Source: Octopus vulgaris
Lineage: Eukaryota
Assembly (NCBI GenBank): GCA_951406725.2
Contig: OX597820.1
Coordinates: forward strand, 101,246,001-101,310,000
Direction of reading: 5' to 3'
DNA length: 64,000 bases
Made by a program: the position numbers and the translations under genes. The notes under the pieces were generated by a model. It was not told the origin of the DNA, ran no database searches, and was given only the letters and a program-made list of their open reading frames with translations. Positions 41,299 through 54,360 of this stretch are shown in pieces (within the stretch, counting starts at the first letter, position 1; each line of letters starts with the position of its first letter).

Positions 41299-41702
41299 TC
41301 TCTCTCTCTTTTACTTGTTTCAATCATTTGACTGTGGCCATGCTGGAGCACCGCCTTTAGTCGAGCAAATCGACCCCGGGACTTATTCTTTGTAAGCCCA
41401 GTACTTATTCTATCGGTCTCTTTTGCCGAACCGCTAAGTGACGGGGACGTAAACACACCAGCATCGGTTGTCAAGCAATGCTAGGGACACACACACAAAC
41501 ATATACACACACATACATATATATATATATATACATAGATACGACAGGCTTCTTTCAGTTTCCGTCTACCAAATCCACTCACAAGGCATTGGTCGGCCCG
41601 GGGCTATAGCAGAAGACACTTGCCTAAGATGCCACACAGTGGGACTGAACCCGGAACCATGTGGTTGGTAAACAAACTACTTACCACACAGCCACTCCTG
41701 CG
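41299..41702 (-). mobile_element. SINE family A inserted in an older RTE-type tail (41205-41815)
   Basis: Near-consensus; host sequence resumes at 41703. Confidence 0.9.
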
Positions 41703-41855
41703 GCTGTGCTGAGCTCCAGTGTGCGCTTTGGTTTGTTTGCCATTGCTGGATGCCCTTTCTTATGCCAACCACCTTACAATCTCCACTGGATGTTTTTATC
41801 ATTCCACTGGCACTAATGGGGTCGTCAAGTAAGTGGCAAGACAGAACTCCACCAT

Positions 41856-41905
<50 letters not shown>

Positions 41906-42081
41906 AGATTAGGGAGGATGAGGTGGCTTTATACATTTTTATTATGCAAATTGTTATATTCCTATTATATGAATAATTCAGTAAGAAGTGTATCTGTTCT
42001 GGTATATTAAAATATAAATATATTCATTCTGCTTTTGAATTTTCCTGTTGTATATTTTGTTATTATTATTTTTGTTTTCAG

Positions 42082-42221
42082 AAAACCCTCATGTCCTTCC
42101 AGCTAGTATTATCAATGGGGTAGCTGTTAGCAAGACCTTTCAAATTCTTTATCGTAACGAAGATGTTGTTGTAAATGATATCATTCTCTTTCGGATACAT
42201 GTTCTTGTTGACAGTTCCAAG
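42082..42221 (+). CDS. FAM135A: FAM135 coding exon 3 (ENPHVLPASIINGVAVSKTFQILYRNEDVVVNDIILFRIHVLVDSSK)
   Basis: Acceptor ttgttttcag, donor AAG|gtaagg, 140 nt, phase compatible with exon 2. Contains the FAM135 motif SKTFQILYRNE. Confidence 0.93.
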
Positions 42222-42617
42222 GTAAGGACTCTTCATTATTTTATTTACTTTCTGCACTAATAACTAGCACTAGACATTTTATTAATTTCACTGTATTCAT
42301 AATATGGTCTTAATTTGGAATTTCCTAAACTACCATCTTCCAATTAATCTGTTAGTAAATTGCTTTCTTATGATGTAATCTGGATGTTTTTAAAGAAAAT
42401 CAAGCAAATAATATTTTGAAAGTTATATTTTGTAGAGTTTCTGAATTGTATGTCTTCTCATAGAAATTGCTTAATCCTATTGAAGCTATATTTCTTAGGA
42501 GATGACAGCTTGTTTCAATTAAATCAAGATCTTAGAAGGGGTTTTTAATAACTGTATATATTGTTTGTTGTTGATTAATTCCAGGTCAATCTGATTGAAC
42601 AGATCTATGGTCTAAAG

Positions 42618-42867
42618 CAGTGGTTCTCAACTGGGGTCTATGTGACCCCTGGTGGGGGTGGGGTGGTGGTCGGTGTAAGATTTTTTTTTTTAAGTAAAAT
42701 AGTAAATTAGGGATCCTCAGCAATATTTTAAAGGTCTAAAAATATCCATTTAAATGCATTTATTATAAGAAACAGCTAGGTTTTCTTTCTCTAACGTTTT
42801 ACATAAGTCAACTTACACAAGTTGTGTCAAAAACAAAAAAAAGGTAAAAAATGGTTGAGAACCACTG
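42618..42867. mobile_element. hAT (Charlie-like) MITE
   Basis: TIRs cagtggttctcaac / gttgagaaccactg; perfect 8-bp TSD gtctaaag. Confidence 0.92.
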
Positions 42868-43182
42868 GTCTAAAGTATTCCAGCTGTGACATTATTTAAA
42901 TGTGTCATTTCCTTTTTTGTTATAAAACCACAAGGTGTAGTTAGAGGTAGATTTGGCTGCTATTTTATATAGGTAGAATATTATGCTGGTGTTGTCCAAA
43001 CGTTATTTCACAGTATCATTTAAGTTGTAATGTGATATTGAGCAAGATTTTAATTTAAATTTGATTGCCTTAATTTGAGCTGTGCCAATGCAATTTGTAT
43101 TAAAAAGCTTAAAGTTTTAAAAGTAATAATTTTATTTGTTATCCTTTTATTCGTATTTTCTTTGAGAAAGACAGGCAAAGGC

Positions 43183-43680
43183 TGAATAACACTGTGTGAC
43201 AAAATTTGATTTTCTTTTTGTCTTTGGTCAGTAAGCGTTACTTCCTATTTCCTTCTATCTAGAATTCAAAAGAAATGACTTTTCTTCCCTTCAAACTTTG
43301 CTTTTGTGACCTGGACATCTATGTTTTGAAACTGACCTATTTTCCATTACATTTCAGACAGATTCAGTGCTGAGTTGCTGAAACAGAAATATTGTTATAG
43401 CAAATATTCTGCTTAATAGCACAGATCTGCTTATCATTTGCTTCACCATAACCATGTCCCTTAGGGGCTGACAATATGTGCATCTCTGATCATAAGCAGG
43501 AGCAGTGGGGGAATATCATAGCCATGTGTTGCGAGGGATTCATTGGGCTTTGAATAAATGTAGCAAAAGTAAAGTTTGAAGGAAATAAATATTAGCCATT
43601 TTTCATATTTTCTAGGGCTAAGCAAATAGGAAATAACAGTTGCTACCCAAGGACAAAAATTGTGTTAAACAGTGTAATTT
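43183..43680. mobile_element. Old MITE with ~130-bp degenerate inverted ends
   Basis: acttcctattt..cttcaaactttgcttttg is mirrored by caaaagtaaagtttgaagg..aaataggaaat. Confidence 0.6.
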
Positions 43681-45619
43681 CTAAATTTGAACCTTTGCAA
43701 AAAGTTTTGAAGCGGGTATTTTACAATCCTGTAATCCAGTTATTTCGTTATTAACTAGAGTTGCTACTAACTTTGCAGTTAGGTCAATCAGTTCAGCTTG
43801 TCAAATTATTCATTGAGGTGCTTTAATGATAATCTCCAGTTAGTCCACATGAAACTTTCTATATGAACATAGTTTCATTTCTGAAATCTTAATTTTCTCT
43901 TTGATACCACATGCATTTTACTTCCTTAATCTGTTGTTGTTAATGATTAGCATTTCAGTGTTAATAACTAGTGATGTTTATCTGGCTTAGCGAAGAAGTA
44001 TCTGCTAGTGAAATTATTCTTCACATTCAACAACTGATTCCTGACAATTGAGTCAAGTGCTACAAGTGAAACTATATTGGTTTTCACTGCTATTTTAGGG
44101 GGATAATTACTTATAATCTCTTATACTCTCACCCATGTCCCTTATGTATATGCCTTTATTTCTCTTGCTTTCTGTGCCCAGACCCCTGTTACTCATCACT
44201 CAATCCTTTCCTCTTATCAATCACACTGTACTAGGCTGTCAGTGTGACTAAAGTCAGTAGTGGATCTTGTCTTCTGTTTACTGCACATTGCACTCTCTCT
44301 ATATAACTTATGGAGCTTTTTCTAAAACAAATTGCAAGTTATTATTCAGAATTATATTTTGATCATTTTTCTTCCTTATAAAGTTTGAAAATAGATAATT
44401 TTTTATACTTAAATCTAGATAACGTTATTGGTTGTACTGTTATTTGTTTCAGTTTGTTCATTTTTAATCATAATCTTTCATGTGGTTTAACCCCATTGCC
44501 TAGGTACATTTAGCAGAGTTGACTTTGTTGCAAGGATTCAGGTCAGGTCTTTAGTCTAAAGATAATTCCATCCACCCTCCTATCCATTACAGAGGCTTTG
44601 ATTATAATCATGGGTGCTGCCTTTTTTTTTTTCCTGCAATTAAACGATAAAAAAAAAAATGAAGAAAAGCCATATTTTGAAACCCAGCAAAATTGACTTT
44701 GAAGGGCGTCATGCTCTAATAGAGCTGTTATTGCACCATTGCACATGCTGTTATTGTGGAATCATTTGTTTGATAATTTATTGTTGTTATCTGTATAGTG
44801 CTGCTAACAGGGTTGGGGCCGTGTATTTCTATCTGTAGATGCAACTGTGTGACAACTGCTATGCTTACAATGCAGTTTATACGAAGGAAGAAGAACTTTC
44901 ACAGGTGGGTATTAATTTTAAGGTATAGGTCCTTGTTTTACACACCTTGCCTGTAAGTGGGTTAAAAGCTATGCAATTTTATTTTATGAAATCGTGTATG
45001 CATACCTTTAAAAAAATAGAGAAATGGAAAATGGTATATTGCAAACACATTATTCCATTTGCACCAGACTGTTGCTGCATGTTTCATTGATCCCCTCTCC
45101 CCAACCATTATTATTTTCATTTTATAGTTCTTAATTGTAGTCCCTCATTATGTAAAGATTAATTTATAATTTCTCATAAATGCAAACGTCCACATACATG
45201 TGCCAATACAAAATCTTAGTTGGCTGAGATTATCACAGTATGTCATAGGATCTGTGAGTCTTATGTCATAAGTTTAGGATTGTTATGGATATATTTTCTC
45301 AGAATAATTATTTCTTTATTTTTTCTCAAATCAGTTGTGATTTACCAATCATAAATTTTATAGGTTTTATTTATTTATTTATTTATTTTTTGTTTTTTGA
45401 AGTTTGATAAACCATTATCAACTGTAATCAAACAGATCCGTGACATGAAGGAGTTAAATTCTGAAACTACTAAAGATTCATTGAAGTAGGTTCTTCTGGT
45501 TTCTGTCAAGAAGAATTTGAGATCAGCATTGCTAAATATTTGGAGAAGGGAGAAACAAGAAATTCCATTTATGTGCATTATTGTAGCTTCTTTTATTTAT
45601 TTATATATATCTGTAATGA

Positions 45620-47757
45620 GTACAACAAGGAATTTAGTGGTCAGGTATGAGTTCACCAGGGTTTGGTTATCAATCTCCTCCGATTTTTCATAGTTCTCCT
45701 GGCCTTAACAGAAGAATTTAAGACTGGTTGCCCATGCGAACTCCTCTATGCTGAAGACCTTGTCTTTATAGCTGAAACTGTAGGAGAATTAGAAATGCAA
45801 TTTCAGGTGTGGAAACAAAACCTGAATGCAAAAGCTTTAAAATCAAATTGAGCAAAGGCTAAAGTTCTTGTAAATAGGAAAACAGACAGGACACTAATCC
45901 CTTCAGGTGAATGACCCTGTTTGATATGTAGAGAAAATGTAAATATATTTCTTTACTGCCCACAAGGGGCTAAACATAGAGGGGACAAACAAGGACAGAT
46001 AAAGGGATTAAGTCGATTACATCGACCCCAGTGCGTAACTGGTACTTTATTTATCAACCCCAAATAGACATTTTATACATTGTACTCAGTGAAAACTATG
46101 GACACAAGAGGTGCAGTGGAATCACAGGAAGGTTAGCAGAGAAAGTAAACTTTGTGGCAGATGCATAAATGCAATAAGCACTAAGAGCATACAAGAAAAA
46201 AATTTTCTGTAATGTCCAGAAGGATCTTTAGAGGTACTTTATTGCTTCTTTTATTTAGGAGACCTAATTAACTATGGAAGCAGATGTTCAGAAAGAATAG
46301 ATTCTAGAATAAGAACTGGCTAGACAAAGCTCAGAGAGCTATTACTTCTGTAACAAAATGCCTGTCTCTCAGAGTGAAAGGCAGATTGTATGATGCTTGT
46401 ATATGGACAGCAATGCTATGTTGCTGTGAAACTTGGACCTTGAGTGCAGAGAATGTGTTTAAGACTAAAGAGAAATGAAGCCCGCATGCTCCACTGGATG
46501 TGCAAAGTTAGTGTGCATGTATGACAAAGTACAAATGTACTGAGAGAAGAATTGAGTATAAGAATCATTAAATGTGGTGTACAAGAGAAAAAGAAGGCTA
46601 TGTTGATATGGTCATGTGATGTGGATGGATGAGGACAAGCAAGTACTGATCTCTAAACATGAATGGAACCTCTGGAAGAGAGAGAGACCCCAGGAAGATG
46701 TGAGATGAAGTAGTGAAGACCAACCTCAAAACATTGAGCCTCACAGAGAGGAGATGACAAAAGTCTAAGATGAATGGCAATATACTCTGCTTGAGTAAAC
46801 CGTCCCTCTCCTTCTCTGGCAAAAATGAGGACCTGCCAATCCTTCCCTCTACCACACATCTTCTAACACCCATCTCTCCTAATTGCAGTCCTACTCACTT
46901 ATTTCTACCATTTATTCCACCCCTACATTTCACATTGTATCCCTATTATTGTTCCTTATCACCTTTTCCCCCACCTCTTCTGCCTCTATCTCCTCTTCCA
47001 CCTCTTTCTCCTCCTTTGCCTTCCCTCATCTGCACTTCCTCCCTCGCCTTCTTCTTGTCCTCCCTCTCATCTGTACTCCCCTACTTATCACCATTCTCTC
47101 ACCCATCACCCTCCTCTCACCCCTCACCCTTTTTTCAACCTTCACCCTCTTCTCACCCCTTGTCCCTTTCCCTTTTGCCTCTCCCGTCCCACCATCTACC
47201 CTGCCCTCACCACTGCCTCCCCTCCCTCCTCTCTGCCCTTACTACCACACCACCTCTCCGCCCTTACTACCACACCGCCTCTCCTCCCTCACTACCCTCC
47301 CCACACTACCCCTTCCCCAATACCCGTCCCCCAACACCTCTCCTCTTCTCCTCACTCCTCCCCATCCCTCCCACATACCCTTCACAATCTCTCTCTCTCT
47401 CTCTCCTTCCCTCCCTCTTTCCCTCCCTCTCTCCCTCTCTCCCTCCTCCCCCTCTCCCTTTCTCCCCTCTCTCCCCCTCCTTTTCTCTCCCCCTCCCCCT
47501 TTCTCTCTCTCTCCCTCTCTCCAGCAGTGGAAACTATCTCCTCTTCAAGCAAGATAACCTGTTCCTGTCCCTCCTTCAATACAATACTCCATTCAGTTGA
47601 GGAGTCTTGTTTTATGCGTACTCAGTGTCATGTAAGAAGTACACTCTGTAAAGTGACTTTTTGTAGAAACCCTGCCAAAGCAGACAGTTGGTTTGTCAAT
47701 TCCTGTCAAATTATCCAACCCATGCCAGCATGGGAAACATGTTAAACAATGATGATT
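45620..47757 (+). mobile_element. Degenerate RTE LINE (RT to 3' tail) with a SINE fragment (~45943-46063) and a long CT-rich tract
   Basis: ALTEEFKTGCPCELLYAEDLVFIAE (RT YADD-like motif), downstream similarity to the 31 kb copy, tail ccaacccatgccagcatgg..gatgat. Confidence 0.8.
46800..47522 (+). repeat. Polypyrimidine low-complexity tract
   Basis: Strong C/T bias over ~700 bp. Confidence 0.9.
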
Positions 47758-47774
47758 TTATATATATCTTTTTC

Positions 47775-48153
47775 GTTTGTTCTTTTTTTCACTTGTTCCA
47801 GTCATTAGGCTGCAGCCATGTTAGGGCACCTCCTTAAAGAATTTTGGTTGAATATATCAATGTATCAATGCCAGTACTTATTTTTTAAAGCTTGGTACTT
47901 ATTCTATCAGTCTCTTTTACCGAACCACTAAGCTATGGGGACATAAGCACACCAGCATCAGTTGTCAAGCAGTGGTGGGGGACAAATAAACGCACACACA
48001 CACATGGCAAGCTTCTTTCAGTTTCCATCTACCGAATCCACTCACAAGGCTTTTGTTGGCCTGAGGCTATAGTAGAAGACACTTACCCAAGGTGCCACGC
48101 TGTAGGATTGAACCTAGAGCCATATGTTTGGGAAACAAACTTCTTACCACACA
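47775..48153 (-). mobile_element. SINE family A
   Basis: Family similarity. Confidence 0.85.
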
Positions 48154-48560
48154 GGAGTAGGATTTCATTATTTTCATACTTGTTATTGTACTTATGATAT
48201 ATTTATTGGCATCTTTGCTGAAATGTTTAGATGTGTTCTCTACTGTTTTTTTTCTCAGAGCATCTAGATGGGTGTAAAAAAAAAAAAAATAAAGCATTAA
48301 CCATCGTAAGTCAATAATAGTATTTTGATATTTCAACCAGGAAACTAATATTTTTCATTTACCCTTTCACTGCAAAATTAAATTCCATGGTTATTCCAGT
48401 AATGACATTAACCCTTTAGCCATATCAGGCCCAAATATTCTACCTGTTTTATGTTAAAACTGACCACATCCAACCTCTCACATCTACCTTACAATGTCAT
48501 TCTAAAGTTATACAAACACACCATTGAAATCTCGAAGCTACAAGATAATGCATAATTAAT

Positions 48561-48884
48561 CTCTTGGACTGGAGATACGTAAAAAGCACTATCCGAATCG
48601 TGGCCGATGCCAGCGCCGCCTCGACTGGCTTCTGTGCCGGTGGCACGTAAAATGCACCAATCCGACCATGGCCAATGCCAGCCTCGCCTGGCACCAGTGC
48701 AGGTGGCACGTAAAAAGCACCCACTACACTCATGGAGTGGTTGGCGTTAGGAAGGGCATCCAGCTGTAGAAACATTGCCAGATAAGACCGGAGCCTGGTG
48801 CAGCCTTCTGGCTTCCCAGATCTCCGGTCGAACCGTCCAACCCATGCTAGCATGGAGAACGGACGTTAAACGATGATGATGATG
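48561..48884 (+). mobile_element. RTE-family 3' end inserted into a piggyBac-like MITE
   Basis: MITE sequence resumes after the (gat)n tail. Confidence 0.85.
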
Positions 48885-51779
48885 AATTCAAAGCAATGTG
48901 AATAAGTAAGTAATACATTTGACAAAGCAATGTGAATGCTAAAGAGTTAAATATCTGTCAAAAAAAAAAAAAAAATTTTGGTAGATTCTGCAAGTCCTGT
49001 TGTTTCAATAAACTTGACATTTCTCAACAGGAAGTAGTTTCAAGCATGACATTCCTCTACGAAAGCTAGATTGGTATATAAAACAGCTTTCTGCAGTTAA
49101 GGGTGACAAAATTTTAAGTAGATAAATCCACAGTAAAAGGGCCTAATTTTTGTTTTTTGTTATATTTCTAAGGGCTTAGAATCAATCCACTCTCTTTTTC
49201 TCCAGTGTAATGTTTTGTTATAAATAATGGTTTCACATTTTGGCACAAGGCCAGGAGCTTTGTGGGAAGGGGTAAGTCAATTACATCAACCCCAGTGCTC
49301 AACTGGTACTTACTTTATGACTCTGAAATAATGAAAGGCAAAGTCGACCTCTGAAATTTGAACTCAGAATGTAGTGACGGATGAAATGCCACTAAGCATT
49401 TTGCCCAGAGTACAAAATATTCTGTTATAATAATAACAATATGAAATAAGTAACTTACTGTTATTGTTTTCTTTTCTTTTAAGAATTCTCATAACCCATC
49501 ACTTATATCCTGCTTATTTACATTTCTAAGCATCTGCTATAGCTACCTCAATTCCCTGACGTTCATGCCTTGAATATTTACCACTTTTTACCACTTAGAA
49601 ACTGCACTTGCCCTTAGTAGTTGCACCCTTTTAGTAGTGAACCTCAATTGATCCACAATTTCAACCCATAGTTATTACAATTATAAAATCTTCCTGATGC
49701 TTAATTCCAATTAATTTCTATTAATAATTTGTGTTGTGTTAGTCAATGTTATGACATCAAATGAAAACTTTATATATTTTGCAGGATAAATGTTAATGTT
49801 TGCTTGATGATATGCAACTTTATTTATGTAATAGTTTTATTTGTTTTATGATATTTTTCTTTATAAATGTATTATTCAAGAATGTATGATGTTCTTATGT
49901 CTTTATTTAGAAAATACTTAATTGAAGTGGAAAATGGCTCAGAGTTGACAATCTGATTGGTAGAGAATGTTATTTCTAATGTCATCTTATGCTGCAGACA
50001 ATAATATCTGTCTACAGACAGTTGAGACTAAAAGTCTTTCTAATGTCGGAATATTGGATTCATAGAATGAGAGATGGATTGGAAAAATTGGAAGCAGTAC
50101 CAAATTGAACTATTGTTTTTGTTTTTGTTGTCATCATCGTCATCATTAATTTTAGCATCTATTTTTCCATGCTTGCATAAGTTGGATAGAATTAATTGAG
50201 GCAGATTTTCTACAGCTGGATGTCCTTCCTGTTACCAACCCTGATTCCAAGCAAGCTAACACTGCCCCATGTCCGGACATGTTTCCACAGAAGAATAGAA
50301 ATGAATGATACTCCTTGTATGTTGGTGACACTTATTTGTAGCTATGTAACAATGTCAAAATAAGAAGACAAACACACACAACAAGCTTCTTTCAGATCAG
50401 TTTTCATCAGCCAGATCCACCCACACGACTTTGGTTATCCTTAGGTTGTAGTAGTAGATGTACAATGTGACATGTAGTAAGATTGAACCCAAAACCACAT
50501 GGTTGGAAGCAAACTTTTTTTTAACCATACATTTGGAGCCATAATCTTGCCTTTGTTCTGCCCTATCAAAATCGGTCTGTTCAAAACAAATAAGTATTGG
50601 AGATGTAATTAACTTATAAGAAAATAGTAATAATGCTGTGTTGAGAGTATTTGTTCAGAGCAAGCAGATGAATGGCCTGTTTATATTAGTTTAAGGTTTT
50701 ATTAACTTCTTATCAAAGGACACCACACGGAACAAATAGTCTGGCATGTACGTCCATTCAAATATTTAGAGTTGATCCTTAGCTGTGGCAGAGTTTCTGT
50801 GCTGTAGTCATACTTCGAAACAAGCTTTTATTGTATTGATAATCTATTGTGTTATGTGTACATTGCATGTATTGATAACTTTAACACCAGCACGTGATTA
50901 CTTACTACATTTGTAATCAAGCAAAAATGAATAACAATCGCTCTAAAGCTATTAAGGACTTTTGTTTGATTTATTGCTCTGTCTCACAATGTAATTCCCA
51001 ATACACAAGAGTTTGGTCTCTAATTAATAAGCAAATTATTTCTCCTTGTAGCTTCTTGTATTATAACATGGATATGTTTGCTTGTCGAAACAGTTCTTCT
51101 TTCTTACCTGCTTAGCATAACATGAGGGGCATTTAAGCATTCAGTGCAAGTCAACAACTGTGAAGTTTAAACAAACGTGGTTGATGATAAATAATGTGAA
51201 ATAGCAATAAAAAAAAAATTAAGGAAAAGAGAAAGAATTTTGTGATGAAGTTTAAAATTTATTTTTGTCTGTGATGAAGACTTAAACTCTTATTAACAAA
51301 CTGTATTTAATATTTGACAATGTTAATATGTAATTTGACTACAAGGATTAAAAAAAAAATGTTTAGGTGCAGACATGGTCCTGTGGGTGAAAAACTTGCT
51401 TCTCAACCATGTGGTCTTGGGTTCAGTCCCACTGTACTGCTGTACAGTGGGCAAGTATCTTCTACTGTAGCACTGATTGACCAAAGCCTTGTTAGTGTAT
51501 TTGTCAGATGGAAACTGAAAGAAGCCTATCATTCATATATATATATATATATAAATATTAAAATTTCTAAGTCTCTCTAAAGGAGACTATGGTCAGCTGT
51601 ACTGGATATTAATAGTTATTGCCAAGCTAATATGGCAGTCCAGAAATATAGGATGAATGCTGGTGTTGATTAGCTCTAAGAGGCCATCGCCTCTAGCTAG
51701 CTATGTGACACACGGACCTGTGTCCATTATAACCTTTGAACAGGGGAGGTCAGCCGCTTTCCCTTGCTGGTCAGGCATT

Positions 51780-51818
51780 TGCAGACTAGTTTCAGGGTAT
51801 TTGTCCCTTATCAATGCA
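51780..51818 (-). ncRNA. Degenerate hammerhead ribozyme motif
   Basis: Minus strand reads tgca-TTGATAA-ggg acaaata ccc-t-GAAA-CTAG-TC-tgca. Stems intact; two transitions in the CTGATGA core. Confidence 0.55.
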
Positions 51819-52347
51819 GAGCAGCCGAACCCAGCAGTGGTGGGCAACAAACAGAACACAAAACTAAGGCACACACACACACACACACATATATATATGT
51901 ACATGTGTGTGTGCCTTTGTTTTGTGTTCTGTTTGTTGCCCACCATCGCTTGACAGCTGGTGTTGGTTTGTTTTTGTTCCTGTAACTTAACAATTTGGCA
52001 AAAGAGACTGATAGAATAAGTACCTGGCTTGAAAAAATAACTACTAGGGTAAATTTATTTGATTAAACCCTTTGGGGCAGTACTCCTGCGTGGTCACTGC
52101 CCAGTGACCAAACCAAGTTAAAGAGATAATATACTAGGGTATGAAATCGAACAGAGTTATTTTCAAGATTATTTTATATGATTATTCTGACCTGATAAGG
52201 TTTGCTTGTATGTCATGTATGTGCATGTGTGTGTGTATATCATAATTCACCATCACTAAAAAGAGACTAAAGGTGCTATGAGCACCAGCATTGCTATATG
52301 TATGTATATATATATACACACACACACATACACAGTGTACATACATG

Positions 52348-52892
52348 TCATCATCATCATCATCATCGTTTAACGTCCACTTTCCATGCTAGCATGGATT
52401 GGATGATTTTGACTGAGGGCTGGCGAACCAGATGGCTGCACCAGGCTCCAATCTTGGTCTGGCAGAGTTTCTACAGCTGGATGCCCTTCCTAATGCCAAC
52501 CACTCAGAGAGTGTAGTGGGTGCTTTTTATGTGCCACCGGCATGGAGGCCAGTCAGGTGGTACTGGCAATGACTTCGCTCGGATCTTTTTACACATGCTA
52601 CCGGCACAGGTGGCAGTAAGGCGACGCTGGTAACGATCACGCTCGAATGGTGCTCTTTTATATGCCTCCAGCACAGAAGCCAGTTAGCTGCTCTGGCAAC
52701 GATCATGCTTGGATGGTGCTCTTGGTGCCCTACTAGCATGGGCACAAGTGCCAGTAAAGCGACGCTGCTAACGATCACACTCAAATGGTGCCTTTTATGT
52801 GCCACTGGCACGGAAGCTGGTTAGCTGCTCTGTCAACGATTACACTCATATGGTACTCTTTGCACTCCGCTAGCACGGATGCCAGTCATCTA
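52348..52892 (-). mobile_element. RTE-family 3' end with about 5-6 tandem units
   Basis: (cat)n followed by the conserved tail and repeated ggtgctctttta/ggcaacgatcac units. Confidence 0.85.
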
Positions 52893-53122
52893 ATTTGATT
52901 TTGATTTACATACATATGTATGTGCATACATGTATATATATATATACACACAAATTCCTCTTCCTCTACCATTCTCCTGTCTTTGACAGAACCACTCTCC
53001 TGTCTTTGAAAACACCTTTCTTCACCCATTTCCTTCCGGTCTTTCAAAATGTGACCTCATGTGTACCGTTGGTGATTTTTTTTTCCTCTGTCTTCCCTTC
53101 TCTGGGTCTTTCCTTCTCCTAT

Positions 53123-53158
53123 GTTTCCGACAAAGAGCTCCGCTCGAAACGTTAAAAC
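53123..53158 (+). ncRNA. Degenerate hammerhead-like motif in a Penelope-like 3' fragment (~52955-53236)
   Basis: gttt-CCGACAA-a-gagc tcc gctc-GAAA-CG-TT-aaaac. Stem II and GAAA intact; core differs from CTGACGA at two positions. Confidence 0.45.
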
Positions 53159-53262
53159 CTGAGCGTCCAATAATACTATATTTGTTCCACGTCCTCGCGT
53201 TGTTGTGTTTTTTTGTGCTTTCTTGTTTGGATTAACTATATATATATATGTAAATATGTATG

Positions 53263-53308
<46 letters not shown>

Positions 53309-53520
53309 GATATCATCATCATCATTTAACGTCTGCCTTCCATGCTGGCATGGGTGAGACGGTTTACTAGGAGCCAGAATTCTGTGACTGTTTTGGCAGG
53401 ATTTTTACAACTGGATATGTGACACACATACATATATTATATATATATGTATATATATGTTTACATTTATGTATTTGATTTGCAAGATTCCTGATGTGAA
53501 ATTGTGTTGAAACAAATATT

Positions 53521-53885
53521 GTTGTATTTCAGGATGGTAATTTTTTTTTTTTTTTTTTTTGCCAAATAAACCCATGCTCTATATAGTTTTTCTTCACTTC
53601 AGCGTTATTATTGTTCTTATTTTAGTGTCCTTTGTCTGAAATCTTTTATCGCATATCTTGTGACCTCTTCAGCAACTCTCCATCCCACATGTCCCCCTCC
53701 TGTTCTGTTTAGTCCATGGATTTCAGCTGGAGAGTTATTGAAGAGGTCACAGGCTGATTTGTGACAAAAGATTTAAGACAAAAGACACTAAAATAAGAAC
53801 AATGACAAAGCTGAAGTGAAAAATGAGTATATAGCATGTGTTTTTATTTGGCAAAAAACAAAAAAGACCATCCTGAAATATAACT
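53521..53885. repeat. Inverted pair of a repeat also present at ~11050-11280
   Basis: Arms ~53521-53682 and 53728-53885. Confidence 0.85.
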
Positions 53886-53914
53886 ATATATATATATATG
53901 TCCAACCCATGATA

Positions 53915-54263
53915 ATCATCATCATCATCGTTTAGTGTCCGCTTTCCATGCTAGCATGGGTTGGATGGTTCAACTGGGGTCTGGGAAGCCAGAAGGCTGC
54001 ACCAGGCCCAGTCTGATCTGGCAATATTTCTACGGCTGGATGCCCTTCCTAACGCCAACCACTCTGTGAGTGTAGTGGGTGCTTTTTATGTACCATCGAC
54101 ACAGGTGCCAGACGAGGCTGGTAAACGGCCACGATCGGACGGTGTTTTTTACGTGCCACCGGCACGGAGGCCAGGCGAGGCTGGCAATGGCCACAGTCGG
54201 ATGGTGCTTTTTATGTGCAACCGGCACGGAGGCCGGTCGGGGTGGCACCGGCAACGGCCACGA
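53915..54263 (-). mobile_element. RTE-family 3' end
   Basis: Same tail; close to the reverse complement of the copy at 60075-60439. Confidence 0.85.
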
Positions 54264-54316
54264 ATATATTGATGATGATGGAAATGGCATGGAACTAATT
54301 GGAATGTAAAGCACCA

Positions 54317-54360
<44 letters not shown>

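Noticed and set aside
46770-47600. 276-aa and 224-aa Pro/Ser/Leu-rich ORFs
   Set aside because: Stop-free only because the tract is C/T-rich; no domain or splice support.
52520-52890. CRISPR-like repeat-spacer pattern
   Set aside because: The apparent spacers are homologous to each other (tandem units of an RTE 3'UTR); eukaryotic context and no cas genes.
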